From positions 1 through 51,095 of the forward strand of contig DVGF01000025.1 of NCBI GenBank assembly GCA_018712835.1: a DNA stretch of 51,095 bases. Direction: 5' to 3'. This document shows positions 1 to 10,410 of this stretch, in pieces. Made by a program: the position numbers and the translations under genes. The notes beneath the pieces were generated by a model. That model ran no database searches, was not told the DNA's origin, and saw nothing but the letters and a program-made list of their open reading frames with translations. How positions within the stretch are numbered: position 1 is the first letter of the stretch; each line of letters opens with the position of its first letter. This DNA is from Candidatus Ventrenecus stercoripullorum (lineage in GTDB: Bacteria; Bacillota_I; Bacilli_A; RF39; UBA660).

Positions 1-1503
1 GAAACGAAACTAGCAACTTATATTATTGTTTGTTGTACAATTTTGGTATTAGGAATTAGTTATGCCGTGTTTTTTCAAGTCAATCAAAACAGTAATAATC
101 AAGTGGTAGAAGCAGGAGATTTAACATTCACGTATCAAGATGGTAATCAAATTACATCAAGTAGTAAAAGTTCTTGTTTTGAACCGATGAGTGATGATGA
201 AGCAGGACTTTATTCTTCTAATTGTGCTTATCAATTTAGTGTGCAAAATACAGGATCATTGATGGGGAGTTATACCCTAACATTAACAGCAAATTCTGCT
301 AATACAGCACCAGCTGACCAGGTGAAGGTAATACTAAAAAGACAAAATGCAGAAGGAATATTAGAAACAGTAGAAAGCTTTCCAAAAAAGGTAAGTGAAA
401 TAACTAATGGGATTTTACTAGAAAATGGAGAAATCAATGTAGGAGAAAGTATTGTTTATAGTATTCAACTTTATGTGGATGAAAGTACTGTGACAGACCC
501 TAATGTGGACAGTGGAACAGCATATAACATTGATTATATGATTAATGGAACTGCAACAGTGCATGAGAGTCAAGATATTAGTACAGAGCCACCAGCTCCT
601 ACTGCAGTTGATAAAATCAAAGAGATAGCAGCTTCTAATCCAGACCAAATTGTAGAGGATGGAACTTCAGATAACAATTTAAGATATATTGGATCAAATC
701 CAAATAATTATGTGTCATTCAATGGAGAGCTATGGCGAATTATTGGAGTTATGAATAACATCGATGATGGAGCAGGAAACAAAGAAACAAGGGTTAAAAT
801 TGTTAGAAATGAGTCTATAGGGGAGTATAGTTGGGATTATGATGGCACAGCGAGTAGTGATAAATATAATAATGATTGGAGCACATCAACATTAATGAAC
901 TTATTAAATAATGGAGCATACTACAATCGGACTACAGGAATTTATTATAATAACAGTACTGAGGCAATAACTGTAGATTTTTCGAGTAACGGATTAACAA
1001 GTGAAGCAAAGTCTATGATAAGTAATGCCGTGTGGAATTTGGGAGGAACAACAAATTATAAGAGTGATACTGATGGACTTGCTAGTCATTTCTATGGATA
1101 TGAACGAGGAACTGAGGTCGCTAGTGGAAGACCAACAGAATGGACAGGACAAGTCGGACTCATATATCCAAGTGATTATGGGTATGCAACGAGTGGCGGA
1201 AGTACCACGGATAGAACAACATGTTTGTCAAAAGCATTACATAGCTGGGATAGTTTAAGTTATAGTGATTGTAAAAATAATGCATGGATATACAAAAGTG
1301 GCATACATCAATGGACATTAACTCCATATCCTGGTTTTGATTCTTCCTTATTCTATGTGCTTAACGATGGCTCTATGGGTAGTCCTAGTCCTACTGCGGC
1401 ACCTGTTCCAGATCCGGTCTTTCCTGTTACTTATCTATCTTCTAACGTAAAAATTACAGGTGGAGATGGTAGTGAGTCAAATCCATTTACTTTAGGCTTA
1501 TAA
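1..1503 (+). CDS. Surface protein, 5'-truncated: TasA/camelysin-like N-domain plus C-terminal putative C-type-lectin-like (DUF6273-like) domain
   Basis: Frame is open from base 1 (ETKLATYIIVCCTILVLGISYAVF, a hydrophobic signal). Contains NNYVSFNGELWRIIG, GLIYPSDY, WTLTP...PVTYL and GDGSESNPF motifs shared with 32647..33942. Confidence 0.7.
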   Translation, partial: ETKLATYIIVCCTILVLGISYAVFFQVNQNSNNQVVEAGDLTFTYQDGNQITSSSKSSCFEPMSDDEAGLYSSNCAYQFSVQNTGSLMGSYTLTLTANSANTAPADQVKVILKRQNAEGILETVESFPKKVSEITNGILLENGEINVGESIVYSIQLYVDESTVTDPNVDSGTAYNIDYMINGTATVHESQDISTEPPAPTAVDKIKEIAASNPDQIVEDGTSDNNLRYIGSNPNNYVSFNGELWRIIGVMNNIDDGAGNKETRVKIVRNESIGEYSWDYDGTASSDKYNNDWSTSTLMNLLNNGAYYNRTTGIYYNNSTEAITVDFSSNGLTSEAKSMISNAVWNLGGTTNYKSDTDGLASHFYGYERGTEVASGRPTEWTGQVGLIYPSDYGYATSGGSTTDRTTCLSKALHSWDSLSYSDCKNNAWIYKSGIHQWTLTPYPGFDSSLFYVLNDGSMGSPSPTAAPVPDPVFPVTYLSSNVKITGGDGSESNPFTLGL

Positions 1504-1536
1504 TATATCTTTACTAAAAGAAAGAAGGAGTGAAAT

Positions 1537-3252
1537 ATGAAGCTCAAATATAAAATACTTATGGCAATCATTGCAGTGGCAGTTGGTTTATGTTTAATGA
1601 TCTATCAAAGTTATGCTTTGTGGGTTGTTACATTATCAGGACAAGAAAATATTGTGGAGGTCGGGTGTTTTAATATTGAATTTATTGAAAATACTAGTTC
1701 GATAGCCTTAAGTAATTCTTATCCTGTGAGTGATGAAAAAGGAATGAGTGGAGAAGCTTATTCTTTTACGATTACTAATAAGTGTACAGTAGACTCTGCT
1801 TATCAAGTGACACTTAATACCCTTAATGCGAACACTATGGGAGATGATAAAGTTAAATACGTTATCTACAAAGATAATGAGAGTAAACCAAGCATAGGCC
1901 AACTTGTAAATAGTGCACCAATCAATGCGGATAAAGCAAATATTACAGTTACAGATTTAAAAGAATCTTATATCATAGCTAGTGGAGAATTAAAAGGAGC
2001 AGCCGAAGAAAACGGAACAGGTGAGAGTCACACCTATAACGTGTATTTATGGATTGATGAAAGTGCTGGAAATGAAGTAGAAAACACAAGATTTGAGGCA
2101 AGTATTAATATTGTGAATGCAAGTACAAGAATATTAGAAGGTTATGAAAAATGTGTACAAGATTATGGAGAAGATAATCCAGAGTGTCAAATCATGGCCA
2201 ATGTTGACACAACTGGGTCTTGTCCAACAGTGAACGATGATGGAACAGTAAACGTAACAAGTGCGGAGTCTAGTGCTAGTCTTATTTGTACAGCACCAGA
2301 TGACTATGGGACAAGCTATTACTTTAGAGGAGCTGTAGAAAATAACTATGTATATTTTGCTGGATACTATTGGAGAATTTTAAGAGTCAATGGTGATGGA
2401 AGTATCAGAATAATTTATGATGGAACAAGTGCCCATGCAAATGGCGAGTCAAGTACTGATAGACAAATAGGAACAAGCGTGTATAATTCATCAGATAATG
2501 ACAATGTTTATGTTGGCTATATGTATGGAGCAACTGGAGCAAGCACTTATAACGAAACTCATACAAATACTAATGATAGTACAATTAAAACAGTAGTAGA
2601 TAATTGGTATAAAACAAATATAGAAGATGCAGGCTATAGTAGTTATGTTAGTGATACTTTGTTCTGTAATGATAGAAATATGTTTCCATCAGAAGAATTT
2701 ACAATAGATGGATATGTTACATTTACACAAGATGGTTATGGCCAAAATAATACAAATTATCGTTGGGGAGGAGTACCACAGCCATCGTTATCGGAAGAGG
2801 AATATGCTAAATTTTTAACACATCCAAATTTCAAATGTATTCAAAAGAATGATCGGTTTACGGTGGCTGATGAAAGAACTGGCAATGGATCCTTGTCATA
2901 TCCAGTAGCGTTATTAACAACAGATGAAGCATATTTAGCCGGTGGATATGCGGGTGAAGAAAACGAAAAATATTATTTATCTACCGGAAATGAGTACTGG
3001 ACGATGACACCTGACCATTTCGTTAATAGGGCAGATTTTTCTAATGCAACAGGTGCGTATATGCGTTATGTGGGGACTCATGGTGGAGTAGGTCTCATAT
3101 ATGTGATAGAGTGTTTTGAGGATAAGTGCGATATATATGATGAGGAATATGGTGTGACCACTTCTCGTGGTGTGCGCCCTGTTCTTAATCTGAAGTCTGG
3201 TAGTCTGACGGGGGGCTCAGGAACGGCATCTGACCCATATACAGTATCCTGA
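1537..3252 (+). CDS. Surface protein of the same broad family (TasA-like N-domain, C-terminal YWTMTP...GVRPVL domain)
   Basis: SD gaaggag; signal ending QSYALW; NNYVYFAGYYWRILR; C-terminal GVRPVLNL...GSGTASDPY. Confidence 0.7.
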   Translation: MKLKYKILMAIIAVAVGLCLMIYQSYALWVVTLSGQENIVEVGCFNIEFIENTSSIALSNSYPVSDEKGMSGEAYSFTITNKCTVDSAYQVTLNTLNANTMGDDKVKYVIYKDNESKPSIGQLVNSAPINADKANITVTDLKESYIIASGELKGAAEENGTGESHTYNVYLWIDESAGNEVENTRFEASINIVNASTRILEGYEKCVQDYGEDNPECQIMANVDTTGSCPTVNDDGTVNVTSAESSASLICTAPDDYGTSYYFRGAVENNYVYFAGYYWRILRVNGDGSIRIIYDGTSAHANGESSTDRQIGTSVYNSSDNDNVYVGYMYGATGASTYNETHTNTNDSTIKTVVDNWYKTNIEDAGYSSYVSDTLFCNDRNMFPSEEFTIDGYVTFTQDGYGQNNTNYRWGGVPQPSLSEEEYAKFLTHPNFKCIQKNDRFTVADERTGNGSLSYPVALLTTDEAYLAGGYAGEENEKYYLSTGNEYWTMTPDHFVNRADFSNATGAYMRYVGTHGGVGLIYVIECFEDKCDIYDEEYGVTTSRGVRPVLNLKSGSLTGGSGTASDPYTVS

Positions 3253-3690
3253 CCTAAGGACAGTTTTTGATAAAGTAGGATAAATAAAGAGAAAAAGATG
3301 GAGAATTACTCGCCCAGTGAGTATGGATTTCCATCTTTTTAGTTGTAAAGATATAAAAATAATATTTTTAGAAAAATGAAGACACGTAAAAAAGAATTTG
3401 AATATTTCAAATTGAAAAAAGAAGAAAATTGGAATTTCTTTGTTATATGTCATACAAAATAAATGTGAATGGTAAGCGAATGTATTTGGAAGAACAAAAG
3501 GCTCGATGAAATAAAGTTAATCCAGTATTAAATAAGGACATCACTCTCTTTTTTATTCTTTTTCCATCTAGGATATAAGTTTTATGAGTTTCAATTTTTT
3601 CATTCTTGTAACAACGAGAGTTTTTAGAATAGTCAGCTCCTAAAAGAGTGAGATAAGTGACACAGACACATAATAAAGTATACATAGTAG
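3249..3690 (-). mobile_element. Probable IS4-like transposase remnant (3' part plus one end)
   Basis: 80-aa fragment ending KRVMSLFNTGLTLFHRAF...PFTFILYDI resembles C-termini of IS4-type transposases. CTGACCTAAGGACAG at 3249 resembles IS10/IS50-type CTGA termini. Confidence 0.45.
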
Positions 3691-3863
3691 TAAAAGCAAT
3701 AAAATTAATTTTTAATTATTAGCAAAAGGCAAGAGATAATTTATCTTTTATTTTTTTAAAAAATTTTCAATAAAAAAAAGGAAATCGGATTTTTTTCTGT
3801 AATAATATTAGTGAGGGTATGTATTAGAATGTGTGAATTAAACATAGAGAGGAGAGAGTTTTT

Positions 3864-4712
3864 TTGAGTAAAGTTCACACTATAGAATCCCTAAATGGCG
3901 ATTTAGTATTTAAAGAAGTCTTTGGTACACAGAAAAATGTGAGATTTACAGAATATTTATTGGAACTTTTAAAAGGGTATGAAAAACATTCTTTAAAAGG
4001 AAAAGTGACTGTGTTAAATGAAGTTTTTTTAGATAAAACGAAATTAAATGATAAAGGAATTACTTCGGATGTTTTAGCAAAATCTGGGGATAAAGTAATC
4101 GATCTTGAAATGTATACGACTTTCGAAAAAGATGATTTTGAAAAAAGTCTTACTTATCTTACTAGAATTTATGGAACAAGATTAGAAATTGGGGAAAAGT
4201 ATCAAAATCAACCTAAAGTCACTCAGTATAATTTTTGTGTGTCTTCTCATATTTCTGGAATTAATGAATTTGAAACAGATTTTCTGTTTATGGACAGAAA
4301 AACAACCAATATTATTTCTGATAAAATAGAAGGATATATTTATCGCCTTGACAAGCTAGATGATGTGGTTTATGATGATGTTAGAAAAGAAGAATTACGT
4401 AAAATCATGAAAATGATTTATGCGAAGACCAAAGAAGAAAGATTAGAAATAGCGAAAGGAAGTGAAATACTTATGGATTTAGCACAAGTGATGGAAGAAT
4501 TTGTAAATGATGAAGCTGTTTTAAAATATAAAAGTTTGGCTGGAAAAAACGAAGAGATCGCGAGAAGAAATGGAAGGCGTGAAGGAAGAAAAGAAGGAAC
4601 TCAATTGGAAAGATGTAATATAGCTAAGAATTTATTAAAAGATCATTTAGATATCAATAAAATTATGCAGTATACTGGACTTACGAAACAAGAGATTTTA
4701 AGATTACAGTAA
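3864..4712 (+). CDS. Rpn family recombination-promoting nuclease / PD-(D/E)XK putative transposase
   Basis: DLVFKEVFG N-terminus; D-x-L...IDLEM; C-terminal EGRKEG...IAKNLLK...I...TGL; SD gaggag before TTG. Confidence 0.85.
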   Translation: MSKVHTIESLNGDLVFKEVFGTQKNVRFTEYLLELLKGYEKHSLKGKVTVLNEVFLDKTKLNDKGITSDVLAKSGDKVIDLEMYTTFEKDDFEKSLTYLTRIYGTRLEIGEKYQNQPKVTQYNFCVSSHISGINEFETDFLFMDRKTTNIISDKIEGYIYRLDKLDDVVYDDVRKEELRKIMKMIYAKTKEERLEIAKGSEILMDLAQVMEEFVNDEAVLKYKSLAGKNEEIARRNGRREGRKEGTQLERCNIAKNLLKDHLDINKIMQYTGLTKQEILRLQ

Positions 4713-4789
4713 AGTTAGTATATTTTATTTGTTTTTTCTTATACTATATTTAGGAGGATTATTTATTCTCCTCCATTTTTTGTTTGTTT

Positions 4790-4816
4790 TTAGCACTCTA
4801 TATTGACAAGTGCTAA
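4790..4816 (+). promoter_or_regulatory. CIRCE element (HrcA operator) overlapping sigma-A promoter of clpB
   Basis: TTAGCACTC-N9-AAGTGCTAA (1 mismatch to consensus); TTGACA 4803-4808, 17 bp, TG-TAAAAT 4826-4831. Confidence 0.9.
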
Positions 4817-4855
4817 TTATGGTGGTAAAATGTATATAGTTTGGAGGTGGATGAT

Positions 4856-6964
4856 ATGTATCCAGAGAATAATGATGAATTAAAAAATGTTTTAGAAAAG
4901 TATGGACGAGATATTACGAAGAATGTGAAGGATAATAAAGTAGACCCAGTGATTGGGCGTGATGAAGAAATTCGTAATGTCATTCGTATTTTATCTCGTA
5001 AAAGTAAAAATAATCCAGTATTAATTGGAGAACCTGGTGTTGGTAAAACGGCGATTGTTGAAGGACTTGCTCAACGTATTGTGAAGGGTGATGTGCCAAA
5101 TAGTTTGAAAAATAAAACAGTTTGGGAGCTTGATTTAGGTGCTTTGGTTGCTGGTGCAAAGTATCGTGGTGAATTTGAGGAAAGATTAAAAGCTGTTTTA
5201 AAAGAAATTAAAGATAGTGATGGAAATATCATTATGTTTATTGATGAAATTCACATGATTGTTGGTAGTGGTGCTGAAGGAGCAATGGATGTATCTAATA
5301 TGTTAAAACCAATGCTTGCACGTGGTGAAATTCATGTAATTGGGGCAACTACTTTAAATGAGTATCGTAAGTATATTGAAAAAGATGGAGCTTTGGAGCG
5401 AAGATTTCAAAAGGTTTTAGTAAGTGAGCCTACGGTCCAAGATACAATTACTATTTTACGTGGGTTAAAGGAACGTTTTGAAATATTCCATGGTGTTAGT
5501 ATTAAAGATAATGCTTTAGTTGCTGCGGCTACTTTGTCTGACCGTTATATTACAGATCGATATCTTCCTGATAAAGCAATTGACTTAGTAGATGAAGCGT
5601 GTGCAACGATTAAGATGCAACTTGACTCTGTACCAGTAGATTTAGATAATTTAACTCGTAAGATTATGAGTCTGGAAATTGAACGGCAAGCCCTAAAGAA
5701 GGAAAAAGATGAGATTTCTAAAGCACGTCTTTCTAAGATCGATGAAGAATTATCGCATTTAAAAGTAGAAGAAAGTGACATGCGTAAGAAGTGGGAGTCT
5801 GAAAAGACTATTAAAGATGAGATTAACAAGAAGAAAGAGGAATTAGAGAAAGCAAAATTTGATTTATCTACGGCTGAAAATAATTATGATTTGGAGACTA
5901 GTGCAAAACTACGTCATGGTACTATTCCAAGACTTGAAAAGGAATTACAAGAACTTCGTGATGGAGAGCAAAATAGTATTTTATCCGATGTCGTTGATGA
6001 GGAAGGAATTGCCAATATTATTTCTCGTTGGACGCATATTCCTGTTAGTAAGTTAGTTAGCAGTGAAAGGGAAAAACTACTTCATTTAAGTGATCGATTA
6101 AAGATGCGTGTGATTGGTCAAGATGATGCGATTCATCGTGTTAGTGAAGCTATTTTACGTGCTCGTAGTGGCATTAAAGATCCGAATCGCCCGATTGGTT
6201 CGTTTATCTTTTTAGGACCTACTGGTGTTGGTAAAACTGAGGTTGCAAGAAGTCTTGCATATGAGTTATTTGATGATGAACGTCACATGATAAGGATTGA
6301 CTGTTCTGAGTATATGGAAGCATTTAATGTTTCGCGTCTTATTGGTGCTCCTCCAGGATATGTTGGATATGATGAAGGTGGTGTTCTTACTGAGGCTGTT
6401 CGTCGTAATCCTTATAGTATTGTCTTATTTGATGAGATTGAAAAAGCGCATAAAGATGTCTTTAATATCTTGTTACAGATTTTAGATGATGGACGACTTA
6501 CTGATAGTCAAGGTAGAACGGTAGACTTTAAAAACACGATTATTATTATGACAAGTAATTTGGGTAGTGAATATATCTTGGAAGGACGAGAGAATGCGAA
6601 AGAACTCGTTTATGAAGAATTAAGACATGAGTTTAGACCAGAACTTATTAATCGTATTGATGAGATTATTGTCTTTAATTCTTTACAAAAAGATTCTGTT
6701 GGTTTAATCTTAGATAAGATTTTGAAAGAAATTAGTAATCGTTTAGGAGAAAAACAACTTAAATTAGAGCTTAGTGATAAAGCACGTGAGAAAGTCATTG
6801 AAGAGTCATTTGATCCACAGTTTGGAGCAAGACCTATTAAGAGGTATGTGACTCAGCATATTGAAACGCTTATTGCACATAAACTAATTGAATCTGATTT
6901 GAAACCAGGTAATACTTTATATATTGATGTAAATAATGATACGTTTGTTATTTCTATTCATTAA
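4856..6964 (+). CDS. clpB: ClpB disaggregase lacking the N-terminal Clp-repeat domain
   Basis: Two AAA modules ([16 protein letters not shown]), long coiled-coil middle domain, GAKYRG and GYVG pore loops; start moved to ATG 4856 after GGAGGTG. Confidence 0.93.
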   Translation: MYPENNDELKNVLEKYGRDITKNVKDNKVDPVIGRDEEIRNVIRILSRKSKNNPVLIGEPGVGKTAIVEGLAQRIVKGDVPNSLKNKTVWELDLGALVAGAKYRGEFEERLKAVLKEIKDSDGNIIMFIDEIHMIVGSGAEGAMDVSNMLKPMLARGEIHVIGATTLNEYRKYIEKDGALERRFQKVLVSEPTVQDTITILRGLKERFEIFHGVSIKDNALVAAATLSDRYITDRYLPDKAIDLVDEACATIKMQLDSVPVDLDNLTRKIMSLEIERQALKKEKDEISKARLSKIDEELSHLKVEESDMRKKWESEKTIKDEINKKKEELEKAKFDLSTAENNYDLETSAKLRHGTIPRLEKELQELRDGEQNSILSDVVDEEGIANIISRWTHIPVSKLVSSEREKLLHLSDRLKMRVIGQDDAIHRVSEAILRARSGIKDPNRPIGSFIFLGPTGVGKTEVARSLAYELFDDERHMIRIDCSEYMEAFNVSRLIGAPPGYVGYDEGGVLTEAVRRNPYSIVLFDEIEKAHKDVFNILLQILDDGRLTDSQGRTVDFKNTIIIMTSNLGSEYILEGRENAKELVYEELRHEFRPELINRIDEIIVFNSLQKDSVGLILDKILKEISNRLGEKQLKLELSDKAREKVIEESFDPQFGARPIKRYVTQHIETLIAHKLIESDLKPGNTLYIDVNNDTFVISIH

Positions 6965-6990
6965 AAAAGTCGCTAAAAAGCGATTTTTTT
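6963..6990. terminator. Intrinsic, probably bidirectional, terminator after clpB
   Basis: aaaaaagtcgct-aaaa-agcgattttttt. Confidence 0.7.
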
Positions 6991-7081
6991 AATGGTTATG
7001 ATACAATGCCATTGAAAATTAGTGACACAAGTGTCAGTAAAATTCAGTGAGAGTATTGTTTTTGTTAGAAGAGCTATAAAA

Positions 7082-8338
7082 TTATATTTCTTTATAAAAT
7101 ACTTTCATTATTTTATAGAGTTCGTAAATGTCATTTATGTTTGCTACTTCTACGGAAGAGTGCATGGCAAGTTCGGGCACTCCTACTTCTAGTGATTTAA
7201 TGCTTACGTGACGAAGGGATAGTCCACTTAAGGTAGAACCACCTGTGATATCGTTTTTAGCGGTAGAGTCTTGATAGAGTATATTGTGTTTTTTACATAG
7301 AGATTTGATGATGGATGAAAAGTAAGCATCCGTAGTTGAAGATATTTCTTTGATGATGGTAAATCCTTTTCCTAAAAAAGCTTTGCCTGTTTCATCGGAT
7401 AATTCTGGATGGTTTGGATGGACGGCGTGGGTATTATCAGAGCTTATTAAAAAAGATTTGGCAAGAGTAGGGGCAATTTCTATTTCTAGTGACGCGGCTA
7501 TTCTTTTTAAAGTATCTAGTAAAAAGTTTGAGTCTGCTCCTTCACGGGTTAAGCTTCCGATTTCTTCGTTGTTAAAAGAACAAAATACTAAAATGTTGTT
7601 TCCATTTGTTTCTAGAAAACTTTCTAGAGAAGAGTAGACACTGGTGATGTTGTCAATTCTAGGACTTAGAAGTAAATCTTGTTTTAGTCCGATTGTCTGG
7701 GGATTTAAACTATTGTATAAGAATAGTTCGTAATCCATTAATTTTTCTTGTGGTTTTAATGTTTCTTCTAATAAGTGAGACCAAGAGTCTTCTTTATCGG
7801 TAATAGCAAATATTGGTTGTAAATCTGTTTGGGCATTTAAATCAAGATTTGTGTTTGCTTTGTCGTTTAAGTGAATAGCAACGCTTGGAACAATGGCCAT
7901 TGGTTTTTTAAAGTCGACAATTCGTTTTTCTATTTTATCCTTTTTTTCTACGATGATACGGCCGGCGAGTGATAAAGGGTGGTCTAGCCATCCGTAGTTT
8001 AATAATCCGCCATAAGGCATGATGTTATATTTTAAGTAGTTGTCTTTAATATGATTGCCACTTGGTTTTAGAAGAAGTGATGGTGTATCACAGTGAGAAG
8101 TAATGATTAGAAATTTTTCTTTGTAATTTATTGGTATTTTAAAGGCTACAAGACTGGCATCATTTCTTGTTATATAAAAGAGTCCTTCGTTTAATTTCCA
8201 GTTGTCTTCTTCGTTTAATTTCGTGAAATTTTGTTTTTTTAATCTTTCTTCTATTGTGTTTACACATGTAAAAGCACAAGTAGAAGAAGTGATAAATTTT
8301 TTTAAATTGTTTGTAAATGTTGTTTTATTCATAATCAT
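7082..8338 (-). CDS. M18 family (aspartyl) aminopeptidase
   Basis: SHCDTP, YGGLLNYGWLDHPLSLAGR, RIDN, NEEIGS, SDNTHAVHPN, AMHS motifs. Confidence 0.92.
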   Translation of the reverse strand: MIMNKTTFTNNLKKFITSSTCAFTCVNTIEERLKKQNFTKLNEEDNWKLNEGLFYITRNDASLVAFKIPINYKEKFLIITSHCDTPSLLLKPSGNHIKDNYLKYNIMPYGGLLNYGWLDHPLSLAGRIIVEKKDKIEKRIVDFKKPMAIVPSVAIHLNDKANTNLDLNAQTDLQPIFAITDKEDSWSHLLEETLKPQEKLMDYELFLYNSLNPQTIGLKQDLLLSPRIDNITSVYSSLESFLETNGNNILVFCSFNNEEIGSLTREGADSNFLLDTLKRIAASLEIEIAPTLAKSFLISSDNTHAVHPNHPELSDETGKAFLGKGFTIIKEISSTTDAYFSSIIKSLCKKHNILYQDSTAKNDITGGSTLSGLSLRHVSIKSLEVGVPELAMHSSVEVANINDIYELYKIMKVFYKEI

Positions 8339-8438
8339 CCCTTTTTTAGTTTGGGTGTTTTTTTCCTTTAATATACTTGATTTTTTGGGGGTTTTATAGT
8401 AAAATCGTTTCTGTTCGTAAAAAAGGAGTGTTGAATTT

Positions 8439-9848
8439 ATGAAAAAAACAAAAATTGTATGTAGTATAGGGCCTGCTAGTAATACTGTTCCTGTGATGGA
8501 GAAGATGGTACAAGCTGGTATGAATGTGGCACGTATTAATTTTTCTCATGCTACAATAGAAGAAAGAGAACAAGCTATTAGTACAGTTCGTGAAGTTCGT
8601 AAGAAAACTGGCATGAATGTAGCTATTTTATGGGATACAAAGGGGCCAGAATTCCGTTGTGGTGTTATGGAAGGAGACGGGATTGATTTAGTTGCTGGTA
8701 AGACTGTTCGTTTAGTTAAAGAAAGTGTTGTTGGTACTGCAGAACGTTTTAGTGTGAATCATCCTGAAGCAATTGATTCTTTAAATCCTGGAGATACTGT
8801 TTTACTTGAAAATGCTAAAATGAAATTAGAAGTAGTCAGTAAGGAAGATGATGGTGTTACTTGTAATATCATTAGTGGTGGACATTTAGGAAATCGTAAG
8901 AGTATGAGTGCGCCTGGTGTAAAACTTGATATTCCATTTATTAGTGATGAAGACCGTGAAGATTTGATTTATGCATGCGAACATGGAGGAGAGTTTGTTG
9001 CGTTATCTTTTGTAAACTCAAAAGAAGATGTTTTAGAAGCAAAAGAACTTTTAAAAGAGCATGGTAGAGAAGATTTACAAATTATTTGTAAGATTGAAAG
9101 TGCTTTAGGAATTCAAAATTTGGAAAGCATCTTAGATGTTAGTGATGGAATTATGGTAGCACGTGGAGACTTAGGTACAGAAATTCCTAGTGAAGTTGTG
9201 CCAATTGAACAAAAGAAGATGATTAAAGTATGTCGTCGTCGTAATAAGATTTGTATTGTGGCAACAGAAATGCTTGAAACAATGATGGAAAATGCTCGTC
9301 CAAAAAGAGCAGAAACAAGTGATATTGCGAATGCTGTATTAGATGGAACAGATGCAGTGATGTTATCTGGTGAAACGACGGTTGGTAAACATCCAGTAGA
9401 AACAGTTGAAGCTATGGCACGTATTTGTGAAGTAACGGAACAATATGCTGATTATAATTACGTAGAAGAAATGCGTTTTGTAGTAAATGCAAGAGACGCG
9501 ATTGCAACAGCGGTTGTGGATACGGCAAATCGCTTGAATGCAAAGCTTATTACCACTGCTACTGTTCATGGTAGAACAGCGCGTTTAATTAGTAATTTTA
9601 GACCAAAAGCACCAGTTTTAGCTTTGACACCAAGTGAAAAAGAAGGACGTAAGCTTATGCTTAATTATGGTATTTATCCAGTATTAATGCCTTTAATGAA
9701 TTCAACGGATGAAGTATTAGAACACAGTGTTTCTGAAGCTAAGAGATTTATGGATCTTTCTAGTGGAGATATCGTTGTTATTACGGGAGGTTTCCCTAAT
9801 ACAGATGAAAATAGAACAACAAACTTAATGAAGATTGAAATTATCTAG
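8439..9848 (+). CDS. pyk: Pyruvate kinase
   Basis: KTKIVCSIGPAS, RINFSH, DTKGPE, MVARGDLG, DAVMLSGET. Confidence 0.98.
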   Translation: MKKTKIVCSIGPASNTVPVMEKMVQAGMNVARINFSHATIEEREQAISTVREVRKKTGMNVAILWDTKGPEFRCGVMEGDGIDLVAGKTVRLVKESVVGTAERFSVNHPEAIDSLNPGDTVLLENAKMKLEVVSKEDDGVTCNIISGGHLGNRKSMSAPGVKLDIPFISDEDREDLIYACEHGGEFVALSFVNSKEDVLEAKELLKEHGREDLQIICKIESALGIQNLESILDVSDGIMVARGDLGTEIPSEVVPIEQKKMIKVCRRRNKICIVATEMLETMMENARPKRAETSDIANAVLDGTDAVMLSGETTVGKHPVETVEAMARICEVTEQYADYNYVEEMRFVVNARDAIATAVVDTANRLNAKLITTATVHGRTARLISNFRPKAPVLALTPSEKEGRKLMLNYGIYPVLMPLMNSTDEVLEHSVSEAKRFMDLSSGDIVVITGGFPNTDENRTTNLMKIEII

Positions 9849-9941
9849 GGAAGAGTTTACACTTTTTAGGACTTTTACTTGACTTCAAAGGTAATAACCT
9901 TTAAAATAAATGTAGTAAAGGAAAAGAAATGAGGTTATATT

Positions 9942-10331
9942 ATGGGAACGGAAATTGGAACTGAAACAATGGGATTTTGTGCTAATACTGCGAATATTTG
10001 GCAAGTTGTTGGATATGTATTATTAGCTTTTAAAATAGTTATTCCAATTTTGTTAATTATATTTGGTATGTTAGATTTAGGAAAAGCTGTTATTGCTTCT
10101 AAAGATGACGAGATTAAAAAAGCAACAAAATCTTTAGCTATGCGTGCAGTTTCTGCAGTAGTTATTTTCTTTATTCCAACTATCGTTGGTTTAGTATTAG
10201 GATTAATTTCTAATTTCTCTGAATCTGGAGCACAAGATGATTGGAATACTTGTAGAGCTTGTATTACAAGTCCGAATAGTCCAGAATGTGATAATTATGC
10301 TGATGAAGCATGGAATGGAGGAGTTCAATAA
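9942..10331 (+). CDS. VirB2/TrbC-like pilin paralog 1 (minimal, no signal peptide)
   Basis: C...KIVIPILLIIFGMLDLGKAVIASKDDEIKKATKSL..R.VSAVVIFFIP two-helix hairpin, then CRAC...C. Confidence 0.7.
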   Translation: MGTEIGTETMGFCANTANIWQVVGYVLLAFKIVIPILLIIFGMLDLGKAVIASKDDEIKKATKSLAMRAVSAVVIFFIPTIVGLVLGLISNFSESGAQDDWNTCRACITSPNSPECDNYADEAWNGGVQ

Positions 10332-10410
10332 GAAATTATTGAACTTTTTTCTTGCTTTTTTTCTTTTTTTGACTAATAATATTTTTAGCAGTATAGAAAG
10401 GTGAAATTCA

